Shown here in pieces: positions 1 to 12,520 of a DNA stretch of 64,000 bases (the stretch's first letter is position 1; every line of letters starts with the position of its first letter). The position numbers and the translations under genes were made by a program. Under the pieces are notes generated by a model that searched no databases, had not been told where the DNA came from, and saw nothing but the letters and a program-made list of their open reading frames with translations. The stretch is from positions 131,365,816-131,429,815 of the forward strand of contig NC_068982.1 in assembly GCF_001194135.2 (NCBI RefSeq), given 5' to 3'. This DNA is from Octopus bimaculoides (taxonomy: Eukaryota).

Positions 1-1063
1 GATCAGATTGGAGCCTGGTGCAGCCATCCGGTTCGCCAGTCCTCAGTCAAATCGTCCAACCCATACTAGCATGGAAAGCGGATGTTAAACGATGATGATG
101 ATGATGATGAGTTCCACTGTTACCATTAATCATCAAACCGATTGACTGACATTTAACTTTACATAACAGTTCAAAACCTGAGATACTTGATACTATAATA
201 GCTTTGCTTGACAATGGAGATTACAAAAACCAACTCTAGTTTTGCTATGGCTATTAGCCCTTACAACTTTGGGTTAATCTGTGCAGATATTCTGAAAGGT
301 ACACTATATTATTATGCTTTTACCCACAATAAAATGCTATAACACTAATATTTTAGTAGGTGCGGTAAACAATAACATTTCTTCAACATGCCCAATTCTA
401 GTATACATAAAAAGAAAAGAAGCTTGAAATGAACTTCACAATCTTGACATAATGGTAATTACAACTTGATGTCTTCATGAATGCCTCAACAATGCATCAC
501 CAATAGTTTGGGTGTGAAAAAAAGACAGTAAATTAAGAGTGTGCTGACTGCAAAGTATACCTAAATGACTTTCTCAGTTCAAATAATGTTCTCTGATATG
601 TAAAGAGCATAATTTTCTCCTCAATTGACTTAGTGTGCATGCTGGCAAATTTGGAATATGATTCTAAGAGATGGTGTGTGAGCAATGGTCTTCACTTAAT
701 CGATAAACTTCAGATAAATCTAAAAAATAACAGTTCCATTTTCCAGTGTTTGGAATCTATCAAATAATAATAATAATGAAATTATTGTATACATGTTCAG
801 GTGCACTACAACTTGTCAAAAGTGCGTATAAAGCATATGCAGGTAGTTAATGGCATAAGTATATTTCAGGCTGACATACTCATCTTTGTAGTAATCCAAA
901 ATAAAGTGAAGAATCAAAATGATGCAGTTATTGTAAAAGTATAAGGTACCAATGTAATGATTAACCTAAATCATTGATTTGGATTACTTATCGCAGGTGC
1001 AAACAATCAAGTCTGCTGAGAAAGGTTACTGTCCATCAACTGGAAAGTTTGATGAGTATTTAA

Positions 1064-1277
1064 TAACTCTTTTGATACCAACCCACCTGAGACGATCCCT
1101 GGTTCTATGAAAGAAACTTCATGTTTTGCAGTAATATAAATTAAAACATTTCATCCAACTTTAATGTTAACTTATGTTCCAAATATGAGCTTATTTTACT
1201 TAATTATAATTTTCAAAATTGATTAAAATAATGGTAGTGTATTTCAATAATAAAATAGAGTAGCAAAAAGGTTAAAA
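1064..1277. mobile_element. piggyBac-type MITE, same family as 20079-20312, opposite orientation
   Basis: Starts with ...CTTTTGATACCAACCCACCTGAGAC and ends GTAGCAAAAAGGTTAA. Confidence 0.6.
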
Positions 1278-1558
1278 GTCTTTTCAGCCATTTCAATGAA
1301 TCTGAGAACTTACTTGGCTGAGTCGAGTAATTGTCGACCCTTTTCACAAGGTTGAACAAATGGTTTGTTACAAGAGCAAGATAATGGAACTTCCTATCGA
1401 TGTACATTGCCTGATTCATTCTGGCTGAAATCAACCTAGATTAAATGTGGATAGGAAATTGTTCAGTTGGCATCAAATGAACAAATAACTTCTAAATATC
1501 CTTCTCCAAGCATTTGCTAATCAGCATAATGTTATCAATGGGTCAGCATCAATTAATT

Positions 1559-1840
1559 TCGCCGGACTGGCCCTCGTGTGTACCGCCGGACTGGCCCTCG
1601 TGTGTACCACCGGACTGGCCCTCGTGTATACCGCCGGACTAGCCCTCGTGCCGGTGGCACGTAAAAAGCACCCACTACACTCTCAGAGTGGTTGGCGTTA
1701 AGAAGGGCATCCAGCTGTAGAAACTCTGCCAGATCAGATTGGAGTCTGGTGTAGCCATCCGGTTTGCCAGTCCCCCAGTCAAATCGTTCAACCCATGCTA
1801 GCATGGAAAGCGTACGCTAAATGATGATGATGATGATGAT
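1559..1840 (+). mobile_element. SINE with an RTE-like (GAT)n tail, carrying a 4x 24-bp tandem expansion
   Basis: ...GAGTGGTTGGCGTTAAGAAGGGCATCCAGCTGTAGAAACTCTGCCAGATCAGATTGG...CATGCTAGCATGGAAAGCG..CG.TAAATGATGATGAT. Other copies lie at 1-110(+), 3201-3420(-), 9590-9880(+), 13250-13350(-), 47385-47615(+) and 63920-63990(+). Confidence 0.9.
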
Positions 1841-3823
1841 CTCCTGTTGAGCTGCCATTTGGTCATGTGATACACTATAGCAATGTTTCCAACAGGTCAA
1901 CATTGTCAACAATGTCACAGTAAAGGATTGCAAGACAGTTTCTTCAAGCCAAGTCAATTGGCAGGAATCCTAAGGTTAGACCACATGCAAAGTGGTTGGA
2001 TACTAGTCATAATCTCAGCCGGTTATGCTTGGGTGTCTAGAAGGAAATTCTAATGGCAATTCTTTCTGATAGGACTCTATGGAGGAGGTGCCTGAGGATT
2101 CTACACTCATTATTCTCCCAGAAATAGTGGGTGACAAAAATGGATGGTTGGACGGACTCCACCTACTGTTTGCTTTTAATAGTCTATCTCCCACACCTTC
2201 CTTACTACCAATATTTCTAAATCATGCTCCACCTTGTAGGAACTTAATAAGAAATATTATAACATCACAAATGAGCTGCAAAATTGCAAAAGGAATTCAC
2301 AAGCCACTAACATTGGATAACATGATTTATCTTTCCTGACTGGAGTAATGTTATATTTATAGTATTTTATTATTAAGTATATACACCTTGTCTTTACTGC
2401 TCACTGTATCTATCTACCCTGTCTGTGATGTCATTATGTTAATATTGTCACATTCTATATGTTTTGCATACCTGCACATGGTTAGGACTATTTAATGTGA
2501 CTATCAGTTTGATGTTAAAATCAGTTTTACAGTATGCCACTCAGACAACATTTGTTAACCACAAAGTCTCCGTTTTGACAGATGTCTGAAGTTTTGAATT
2601 TACTCAGTTGTGTGTGTTATTGTAAATACAACACCCATTCACATCTTTCCATAGATGTGTTGGCCAGGCATTAACTACACCATTCTCACCAGTTTAGGAT
2701 AATCTGCAAAACTGGTGAGAATGATGTATTGGGTCAAGTCATAAATAATTTCCATTTTTTGGAAGTAAATTGTAACAATGCATTTCAAACTTCAGGTGTT
2801 TAAAATTGAGATGGCAGCTACTATTTTTAAAAGAGCCTCATCCAACCATAAAAACCCTGTCAAAACCGACAAAGAAGCCTGGCGTAGTTTTCAACCTTGC
2901 TGGTTCCTGTCAACTGTCCTACCCATGCATGCATAAAAGATGGACACTAAATGATGATGATGATGATGATATTATGTGTGTGTGTATGTGTCTCCTTGAC
3001 ATCACATGATGGATGTAAAATGAGTGCTACCACCATACAGGAAGAGCCTTTCATTTCCATCTTTTGGGTTGAACATGTCTGGCCATGGAAAAATAGCATT
3101 ACCTTACTTGGAAACAGGTGAGGGTTGGGGAAAGTTAACATCTCTCTGTAGAGAGCCTGTCTCAGTAAACTCTGTACCACCTATATAAGCACGGAAAAGT
3201 CATCATCATCATCATCATCATCATCGTTTAACGTTCGCTTTCCATGCTAGCATGAGTTGGACGATTTGACTGAGAACTGGCGAACCAGATGGCTATGCCA
3301 GGCTCCAATCTGATCTAGCAGAGTTTCTACAACTGGATGCCCTTCCTAACGCTAACCACTCCGAGAGTGTAGTGGGTGCTTTTACGTTCCACCAGCACGA
3401 TTTACGTGTCACCTGCACGAAAAGTGGAACATTAAAATGATGGTGATGATTGTGATATATTCTTTGATATGTATATGGATAGATTTATTCTTTGAATGTA
3501 TCATTGTTTTGTTTCACAGTCTGCTTTGTGCCTGTATCACAGCTAGACTATCAATTGTCAGTGATATTATCAATAAACTCCATCTCAATAGTTTGTAAAC
3601 ATCCACTTCTCCCAATCTAACACTGACATATCAAAATAAATATGCAAAGCCACTGCCATGTTGATTTTATTATGTAAATAATATAATCTGTTACATATGG
3701 TAGGAGAGCAGTGAAAACATTGGAAGAAGTGGTTAGATCACATAATATTAGACCACATGTCAGAGATGATAAAATGAACAAGTGGTTTGTTATGTCACAC
3801 TGTTGTCCCATTCAGCCAATATT

Positions 3824-4034
3824 CTTTTCTACTTTAGGCACAAGGCCCGAAATTTGGGGAGAGGGGCCAGTCAATTAGATCGATCCCAGTATGCAACTGG
3901 TACTTAATTTATCGACCCCAAAAGGATGAAAGGCAAAGTTGACCTCGGCGGAATTTGAACTCAGAACGTAAAGACATGAAATACAGCTAAGCATTATTGC
4001 CCAGCGTGCTAACGTTTCTGCCAGCTTGCTACCT
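3824..4034 (-). mobile_element. Full-length tRNA-derived SINE (family with a GTCGACTTTGCCTTTCATCCTTT..GGGTCGATAAA central domain) with target-site duplication
   Basis: 17-bp direct repeat CCCATTCAGCCAATATT at 3807-3823 and 4035-4051. The central domain resembles my recollection of the Meta-type SINE domain. More than 20 further copies or fragments occur in the window, e.g. about 6545-7200 (three in tandem), 15470-15690, 20416-20594, 21520-21740, 33990-34420, 35232-35400, 41900-42110, 42365-42600, 54960-55160, 58080-58300, 59440-59620, 60060-60190, 61330-61480. Confidence 0.9.
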
Positions 4035-4101
4035 CCCATTCAGCCAATATTAGCATAGACATAAACCAATAAAACAAAGTGAGCTGTTTTTCTCTTTTCA
4101 G

Positions 4102-4274
4102 CTGAACAGATATGAAGAGTTTATGTTGGAACAGGTCAGGAAAAGACTGAAATCACAGCGGTTACTCTTGATTTATCATCATTTACCTATGACAGCTGCA
4201 GAGAAGAAAACCATGCAATACCAGATCTCCACTCAAGGCTTCAAATTATTTTATGCCAACACCAAACTTATGAA
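4102..4274 (+). CDS. MRPL10: Mitochondrial ribosomal protein L10 (uL10m), first coding exon visible in the window; upstream exon(s) not found
   Basis: Acceptor ttttctcttttcAG (AG at 4100-4101) and donor GTGAGT at 4275. Translates LNRYEEFMLEQVRKRLKSQRLLLIYHHLPMTAAEKKTMQYQISTQGFKLFYANTKLM plus AA (phase 2), which joins the next exon in frame. The spliced peptide aligns by eye to the L10 domain of animal MRPL10. Confidence 0.88.
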
Positions 4275-4324
4275 GTGAGTTTATTTTTTTAATTTAAATC
4301 TGCTTGTTAGTTTCTATGCTAATT

Positions 4325-4543
4325 AATGCTTTTTATACTAACCCATGTAAGGCTGCCCTAGGTTCATTAATACAAACTCCCTCATTTAATGTGATCAAAA
4401 TTTCATGTAATTTTTCCTTTTCTTCCAAACACCAGCTTAATCATGGAAATGTTGTTTTACTAAATACTTCATTACATTATTTTCCAAATTAATAGAAGCA
4501 AAAACAGCTTATTTCAACAGAACTATGGTAACAAAAGGGTTAA
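4325..4543. mobile_element. piggyBac-type MITE, decayed copy in an MRPL10 intron
   Basis: Ends ATGGTAACAAAAGGGTTAA, the reverse complement of the family left end. The interior resembles 1064-1277. Confidence 0.55.
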
Positions 4544-5883
4544 GTAGCCAACTGATTTAAAAGCCTACACGTGACAAGTTTTTGTGTTAACACTGGTTTA
4601 ATAATCTTCATGGCTTTAGGTCAAGCTAAAAATAGTAGCCACTTGTTACAAATATTTATGCAACTATTAACTTCATATTTTTATACTCTCAATATTGATC
4701 AATGAACTGACATTAGTACATCAGGTAATGTAACTCATGGTTACTAAAATAGGTAAAAAAAACCATCATGAAGTTGTGATTAAAATGGAAATTTTTCAGA
4801 AAGACATTGATTTTATTTATACTTTCTCTATTTTATACCACTCATATTTATCATGTGTAATCATTTTTTTTTAATTCTCTTTTCAAATGTTAGCTTTGCC
4901 TGTTGCTTGTGTTTTGAAACTATTGTACTTAAATCCAATGTTTAATTATTGTTTCTGTTGATGTTATTTTTGTTGGATAATCAATTCAGTTGTGCTTGGA
5001 CAGAATGTGATGTGGAGATAGAACTAGTCATTTAATTTATGTTTTTGTCTTTGTCTGTCTCACATTTATTGTAGAGAAAACTGTTCCATTCAAAAATAGT
5101 CATAAATTTTGCACTAGTTAAAAAGGTTTCTTTGTTTATATCATGCTTCTAGTGTTGCTGATATTGGTGTTGCTGCAACACTCTTCCTTATGTTTTATCT
5201 ACTGAATGTTTAATGTTCAGCCTTGCACCCCAGTGAAAATTCTCATTAATTATATTGTTGTGCCTCTGTTGCACATATTAATGACTTATACCTCTTTCCA
5301 TGGTAATTATTTAATTCAAAAGAAATACTATTTTGTTTCACAACTGTTTACAAGCCATTGTTAATAGTCTCTAGATAAATGGTAACCACTTTGTCAATTT
5401 ACTATATTTGATGGTATAAAATGTACTCAGGCTTAGTAGACACATCCCAATTTCAGCAGCACATATTCAAGAAAAAATATTTTTGTGCTTTAAAGCATGT
5501 AATATTGAAAGCAATTTTGCATATAGGTCCTTGGTTGATTTTTTTTAAGACAACATTTTTGAGGAAAAATTGCATCTTATATGCCATCAAATATGGTATT
5601 CTTAATACTCTGTGGAAAACAAGTTTCTTTAGTAGGTCTTCTTGATTCAATAAAAGTTATAAATTATTTTAGTTTTTGAAAATATAATCAAAAGAACTAA
5701 TGAATGAGTCTGTACATAATTTACATTATTGCTTTTGTTTAATGTTAGAAACACTATTATGTTATTCAATGACAGTTTGATTGTTGTATTGTTTTATTAT
5801 CCTCCACCGGTGAACCAAACTCAATCAAACCAATGACACAGAGGTAATTAATTTGTTATTGTTGCTTTCTTTTTATTTTATAG

Positions 5884-6020
5884 GACAGCACTGGCTGAAA
5901 CTCGATGGGCAAATCTTTGTCAGAGCATCACTCAGTTTACCTGCTTTATATCAAGTGAATCTTTAAAAGTCAGTGATTTATTGAAATGTACCCACAGTAT
6001 GGCAAAATTAATATTACTTG
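5884..6020 (+). CDS. MRPL10: MRPL10 internal coding exon
   Basis: Acceptor ttttattttatAG (5882-5883) and donor GTAAG at 6021. G completes AAG(K), then TALAETRWANLCQSITQFTCFISSESLKVSDLLKCTHSMAKLILL plus G (phase 1). 137 nt, and phases match both neighbouring exons. Confidence 0.88.
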
Positions 6021-7859
6021 GTAAGAAAAATACCTAATTTAAAAAAAAAATATAACTTTGGTATTCTTCCTTCTGTTATTCTCTTCATTTTCATCCTTTC
6101 ATAGTAATTCTGTCCCATTCATCATAGGGGCTTTCTTTCGCTTTGTAAGTTGCAAGATGATCCGAACAGTGCTGGTGCTACAAAAGCACCCAGTACACTT
6201 TGTCGGGTGAGGGCCAGTCAATTAGATCGATCCCAGTATGCAACTGGTACTTGATTTATCGACCCCAAAAGGATGAAAGGCAAAGCTGACCTCAGCAACA
6301 ATGATTGACAATCAATTTGAGCTATGACAATGCTGGGTTTGAGAGGACTCCTTGGTCTAACTGACAGAAAAGCAACCCCTATAGTGCTGGTGACACAAAA
6401 AAATGCTCCCAAAATGCTTGGTAAAGTGGTTAATCCCACCCTTTCTTCTGGACAAGTACAGCCTATCGGTGTCTCCACTCTTAGGTTGGAAGCTCTCTGG
6501 GCACTGTCAATATTTTTCTTGTCTTCATATCTATGTTCATCAGTTTGCAGCAAGCTGGCAAAATCGTTAGCACACTAGACAAACTACTTAGCAGCCTTTT
6601 GTTCATCTTTATATTCTGAGTTCAAATTCTGCCATGGTTGACTTTGCCTTTCATTCTTTTGGGGGTTGATGAAATAAATGCCAGTCAAACACTGTGGTCA
6701 ATGTAATCAACTAGCCCCAACTCCCAAAATTTCAAGCCTTTGCCTATAGTAGAAAGGATTGTCATCATTAAAGCTGTGAGCTGGCAGAATTGTTAGCACA
6801 TCAAATAAAATATTTATTGGCGTTTAGTCCATATTTATGTTCTATGTTCAAATGCTGTTGAAGTCGACTTTGCCTTTCATCTTTTGGGGTAATTGAAATA
6901 AATAACAGTCAAGTACTGGGGTGGATGTAATCGACATACCCAATTCCCTAAAATTGTTGGCCTTGTTCCATAATTTGAAACCATTACTATTATCATCATT
7001 TTGGTGAGCTGGCAGAACCATCATAGGATCTGAAAAAATGTTTTCAGTATTTGTTCTGTTTTTTTATATTCTGGTTTCAAACCCCATTATCTTTCATCTG
7101 TTTTTGGTCAATAGAATAAAGTACCAGTCAAGTACTGGGGTTGACAGTATGAACTAACCTACTATCTCAAAATTTCAATCCTTGTGCCTATATGAAAGCA
7201 ATTATAGCTAAGCGGTGGTTAAGAAGTTCACTTCTTAATCATAGGGTTTCAGGTCAGTCTCACTGTGTAGATCTTGAGAAAGTGCCTTCTTTAGCCTTGG
7301 GCTGACCAAAGCCTTGTAAGTGGATTTGGTTACCAGAAACTGAAAGAAGCTCATCCTGTATATACGTACGTGTGTGTGTGTGTCTTTGCCTTGAGAACAC
7401 ACAAGTTGTGAACTGGTGCCATTATCATGTAAGTAGTGTCATTCATTTCCTCTCAGCTGGGAGTTCATGACAGGAAAGGCATTTGGCTATAGAAAACTTG
7501 CTTCAGTGAATTCCTTGCAAACATAGAAAAGTGGACATTAAAAACAATGGCACTGATGATGAGAGCACACTTTCTTTGAAATCTATCCCAAAGCATCCTT
7601 AACTTTCAGGTATTGAAATTAATGGGGTCAGTAATTTGATCTTATCATGTCAAAAACACTTCAGAAGATTAACATAAGGTCCCATCACCCCACTCCACAT
7701 TGCTTGTGGAGGCATATGGCTCAGTGGTTAGGGTATTGGACTCACAATCGTAAAAAGTGAAAGGCTTCCAACAACTAAAAAACCTTAAGAATTAATTTAC
7801 AAATATCATCAACGCAAGGATCTAGCATTGTTAGTCCACATTATTTTGTAAGGGGCATA

Positions 7860-8070
7860 GAGCCAGTTTCCCAGCTTCTCTGGTGTATATATTCTTCCCT
7901 GGACAGGATGCTGGCCTGTCACAGGATAACTCATTTTGGCCAACTAAGTGGACTGGAACAAAGTGAAATAACTGATTTGCTTAAGAACACAATGGTCCAG
8001 GAATTGAAACCACAATCTTACGATTGTGAGTCCAACACCCTAACCACTAAGCTATATGCCTCCACAAGCA
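7860..8070 (-). mobile_element. tRNA-headed SINE (third family) in an MRPL10 intron
   Basis: The minus strand starts TGTGGAGGCATATAGCTTAGTGGTTAGGGTGTTGGACTCACAATCGTAAGATTGTGGTTTCAATTCCTGGACC, with A-box- and B-box-like motifs. Relatives lie at 8150-8390(+), 11320-11500(-) and 15885-15990(+). Confidence 0.75.
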
Positions 8071-8543
8071 TTTAGTATAGTAATTTAAAATTGTATCTTC
8101 ATGACAAAGTTTTCACTTATTAGTATTTCCTGAAACATATTTGATTTCTTGTGAAGACGTGTTACTTGGTGGTTAGGGTGTTGCACATGGCAAGGTTTTG
8201 ATTCTCAGACTGGATGGTGCATTGTCTTGAGCAAAACACTTCATTTTATGTTACTCCAGTCCACCCAGCTTTAAATGAGTAGCCCCTGCAATAGACTTGT
8301 GTCCTGTCCAGGAGGTATGTTGTGATCTTGGTCACTTATTTGCCATGGAAAGTGGGTAACTAGCCCTATGGGTTCTAGAACTTGAGACAGTATTAACCAT
8401 TTTTTAGTTGATTATTCATAAATATGACTCCATATTCTTCTGTCAGAAAACATCCACAGACTTCTTTACCTGAGTACTTAAACTTATTCCTTGCAGATAC
8501 AAAAGTTTCAATGCGTTAATCATGCTTTCTTTTTACCTTTCAG

Positions 8544-8740
8544 GTGGTGCTATAGAAAACCATTTATTAACTCGTGACGGAGTTGTAGCATTCTCTAAAT
8601 TATCATTAGAAAATGTTCAAAGCCAGTTGGTGGGTTTGCTGGCATCCAACAGTGCCACTGCTTCCAGTCTACTTGATCATCACCAGAGACAGCTTGTAGC
8701 AAATCTAAAACAGTTATCAATACAAGACTCTCAAGACTAA
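8544..8740 (+). CDS. MRPL10: MRPL10 terminal coding exon
   Basis: Acceptor ttttacctttcAG (8542-8543). Encodes (G)GAIENHLLTRDGVVAFSKLSLENVQSQLVGLLASNSATASSLLDHHQRQLVANLKQLSIQDSQD*, matching the MRPL10 C-terminal pattern LLGG.I....L...G...SKL.L..VQ..LVG.L......SLL.....QL...L. Stop TAA at 8738-8740. Confidence 0.92.
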
Positions 8741-11580
8741 ATCATAAACATTAATTTATTGTCATCAGTTATTAATTACTGTTTTTGGAATTGCATCAGT
8801 TTTAAGAAAAAAAAAACAAAATTCATTTGAAAACAATGATGTTTTTGTGTAATCTTTTTTATTATGTATTGATATCTTTTTTGTTGTTTACCTTTATTTT
8901 CCCAGCTAACTGGATGTTATGGCTTTTATTGGATCAAATGCTTTTACTAACTGCTAGATGTTAAATTTTATGCATCTGGACAACAACGATGACTCTACTT
9001 TCTTCAACAAGCCTGATGAATAGAATATATTCTGTCCTCTTAACTGTTCACTGCTTAGCAATGGCAAAACATCTGACTATAGTTCTACATTTCTTTCCTA
9101 TTTGGTTTCATCAACCAATTTGGCTGTAAAATTAATTTGTAAATTATATCACATTAAGATATTGTAATTAACAATTACCAAAACAATGAAGAAAGTGGTT
9201 TGATTAAAGCTTATTATTTACACCACATAATTGCTGAAAGGTGGTGTTGCAACTTAGTAGAAGTCATAAAATAAATTCTACTGAAAATATTAAGAACATA
9301 AATGTATTATAAGTAACAAATTGTCAGCATGGTAAGAATATTGCAGGAGATGCCTTGTGGTATTTGGTCCAGCACTTTGCATTCTGAGTTCTAATCCCAC
9401 AGCCTACTTAGGTGATAGACTTAATCTGCTGCTCAGTTTAACAATATAACTTGGCCTTTGTCTACCTTTAGTAGAATCCAGTCTACTCCAAGTATTTTGG
9501 CCAGGTCTCTAGTCTGAGGATTCTTGCTCCCTTCCTTCCACCCTCAGGTCCTGTAAAGAGTCATGGGTATTATTTTTCTTTCTGACTAAAAAAAAATCCA
9601 AACTTGCATGAATGGATTTTGATATATTGGCTTGGTGTTGGTACCATGTAAAAAGCACTGGTGCTAGTACCTCGTAAAAAACACTGGTGATGGTGCCATG
9701 TAAAGAGCTCCCAGTACACCTCTGTAAAGTAGCTGGCATTCAGAAGGGCATCCAGCTGTAAAAACCAAACCAGAACAGATGACCAGAACCTAGTGAAGCT
9801 TTCTGGCTTGCCAGCTCTGACCAAAACATCCAACCTATGTCAGCATGGAAAATGGGTGTTGAATGAGAATGATGACAATTGACTTTGGTTTTCACCAGCC
9901 AATGGGTACAATAAGTTCTACTTTGATCTACCATACCTACCTCTCTACACAATATAGTCTTCTACCTGCTGAGAAAATACTGAGAAAATGAAGGACTGAT
10001 TTAGACAATTAAAACAAAAGAATAACTGGTTTTATCTCCTTAATTTCATTCATTTATTATACTTCTCTTTATGCTGAGTAGTGGTATTTAAATTTTTAAT
10101 ACAAATTGTTGGTTCATCAGTTGATGAGTTTGTATATTGCTGCTTTGTTTGAATAAGATAAATTTATCTACATAAATTAAAGATAAGCACTAGCTTGGTC
10201 TTCTGTAGTTTGTGAATAGGGAGTTAATTTGATTCTTCATCTTACACCCACTTTTGCATGCTTGCCTGGGTTAGATGAATACATTATTGAGACACTGATT
10301 TATAGCCACATATCCTTCTCATTGCTAACCCATACCTGTAGAATGCAAATGTGGAAAAACAGTGATACACACACGCATGCATGCACACAGATAGATGTGT
10401 ATGTACAATGGGCTTCTTTCAGTTTCCTTCTGCCACATTCACTCATAAGAGAATTTGTCTGCACCATTTCTAAAGAGAGAGTTCTCTCTTTTCAAAGAGA
10501 TATTGTGAAGGTAGAAGGTAAAGGGTGTCATAAGTTTTCCTCTGATGGAGTATATCTAGAATTTTTATGATATATCCAAGACAATTACAAAAATTGCTTA
10601 ACACTGTTACCAGCCAGTGTAATTAATGTCAATATTGAAAACAATATACTGATGCCATTTATCCACATTATTGTTATCATCATTTTATGTATGCTTTCCA
10701 TACTGACATGACTTTAATTGACCATCACTGTCCCCTCCTAGATAGGTTGAAGGACTCTCATTCTTGCATTTCATCTTTGATATGGCTTCTATGACTGGAT
10801 GCCATTCCTATCACAAACCACTTTACAGAGTGTACTGGGTGCATTTTATTGTCGTGCCAGTATGAGAATGGTAAGGTAGTAATAATATTATAAAAGATGG
10901 TAGTTTACTCTGTGCAAATTAAGATTGTTGATTATGTCTCATTGTGAATTCAGATAACTTTATTTATTTTACTTGTGTCCTTGAGGACAGCATAAAATTA
11001 CATTTTCTTATCCTCTCAGAAATAAACCAATATTAAATGAAAATTGAATGCTTTAGTATGGCATTAAGTTCTGTGGAAGCCAAGTTTGTAACTGATCCAG
11101 TTTTAATTTGAAGCTGGAACCTCTTCAGTTACATCATTGATCATGTTTGTGGGAAAAACACGATCACAATTTCTCATTCTTCATTCTTATAAATTTGAGA
11201 TTTTCTCTTTATATAGCTTAACTGCCACCCACATATAACAACTTGGTAGCTTGTACTATGCTTTCAATAACTGTTTTAAGTATCTATATAGTTGTGTGCA
11301 AACAGACATGTCAATCCTCCCAGTAGGATATGCCAGCTGGAGAGAAAGAAGGCTGCATCAGCAATCAGTTGATACTCATTTTCAGCTCAGTTCACTAGAG
11401 CAACATGAAATGATGTACCTTGCTTCACAACACATAACCCAGTCTAAGAATCAAAACCACGACCTTATGATTGTGACTTCAACACCCTAGCCACTAGGCC
11501 ACACAAGTTCTTTATGCAAGAAATCAGTTTTATGAAAGACATGGTGTTTGACAGTGTTTGGCTCAGTTAACCTGTGGACT

Positions 11581-12176
11581 TGTAGTGACATTATCTTGAG
11601 GGTCTCCAGCACGCATGCACAGGGCTGGAATCTTCTGAAAGGCCTGCCAGAAGTTCCCTCATGCACATGCGCAGAAAACTAGCAGCAGCAAAGTTCTCTT
11701 TTATCTCTGACTCAAGATGCTAGCAGCTGAACAATGCAGACGTCTCTTCAGCAGCTGAACAATGCAGACGTGTCCTCAGCAGCTGAACAATGCAGACGTG
11801 TCCTCAACAGCTGAACAATGCAGACATGTCCTCAGCAGCTGAACAATGTAGACGTATCCTCAGCAGCTCTCTCTTCACCTCTGCTGCTGACCTGAGTCGC
11901 TCGCAATTTGACCAGCTCTGTGTAGCTGGAGTTCTGAAGGAGTCGCACAACGTTGGCTAACCTGTGAAGAATGCCTTCACAAATTATGATTAAACCGACT
12001 TTGCTGTTTCCACACCAAAGCGACCTGGCTACTGATTGTCCCAAGATGTAACTCTTGTACAGACGAAAAATAAAAGATTGTTATTTGTTCAGATGTTCTT
12101 GTTCCGATATTTTCCATTCCAACATTTATGTAAGGAAATGTGTGGCATCCTTCCAGTGCCAACCTTTCCTCTTACA
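11581..12176 (+). mobile_element. Solo LTR of an LTR retrotransposon (Ty3/gypsy-like by TSD length)
   Basis: Begins TGTA (11581) and ends TACA (12176). Flanked by an identical 4-bp direct repeat GACT (11577-11580 and 12177-12180). Contains AATAAA near 12069 and an internal 28-bp tandem array. No internal ORFs. Confidence 0.75.
11722..11868 (+). repeat. 28-bp minisatellite, about 5.3 copies, inside the solo LTR
   Basis: Unit AGCAGCTGAACAATGCAGACGTGTCCTC starts at 11722, 11750, 11778, 11806 and 11834, with a partial copy at 11862. Each unit carries CAGCTG. Confidence 0.95.
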
Positions 12177-12359
12177 GACTCTTGGTTTTATAACAAAACT
12201 ATAGCAGTTATAGTACAAGTATTGTAGCTATGGGTTTACCTAGTGTAAATAATTCTTATTATCTTCGCTTTAGCGAAGGCAGAGGTATTGTTTTCAGTTG
12301 TGTTTGTTTGTCCATGGACAAGATATCTCAAGAACTGCAGGGCCATTTTCTTGATGGAG

Positions 12360-12520
12360 GAAGGGTCCTGTTCGTTTTTTTTTTTGCTTACAAGAACCTT
12401 AGTTTTTGCTATGTTAACCTTCAGGTTCTCTTTTGATTCCAACTTTGCTTCCACACCTGGAATTTCTTTTCTTGTTCTGCTATAAGAGCAAGACCATCAG
12501 CATCAAATTCTACATAGCAC
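12360..12520 (-). mobile_element. RTE-clade LINE reverse transcriptase fragment
   Basis: Reads DADGLALIAE...KFQVWK and, after a frameshift, LESKENLKVNIAKTKVLVS, matching the YADD-distal RT region of RTE LINEs. Confidence 0.65.

Noticed and set aside
2079-2339. 86-aa ORF as a candidate upstream MRPL10 exon
   Set aside because: No resemblance to the MRPL10 N-terminus, and it ends in a stop rather than a phase-0 donor. The missing exons probably lie upstream of the window.
7706-7753. tRNA-like sequence with an A-box
   Set aside because: It is a truncated SINE head with no T-arm or acceptor stem; the same applies to the other SINE heads.
11722-11868. 28-bp repeats resembling a CRISPR array
   Set aside because: The units are head-to-tail with no unique spacers, there are no cas genes, the context is eukaryotic, and the array lies inside an LTR.
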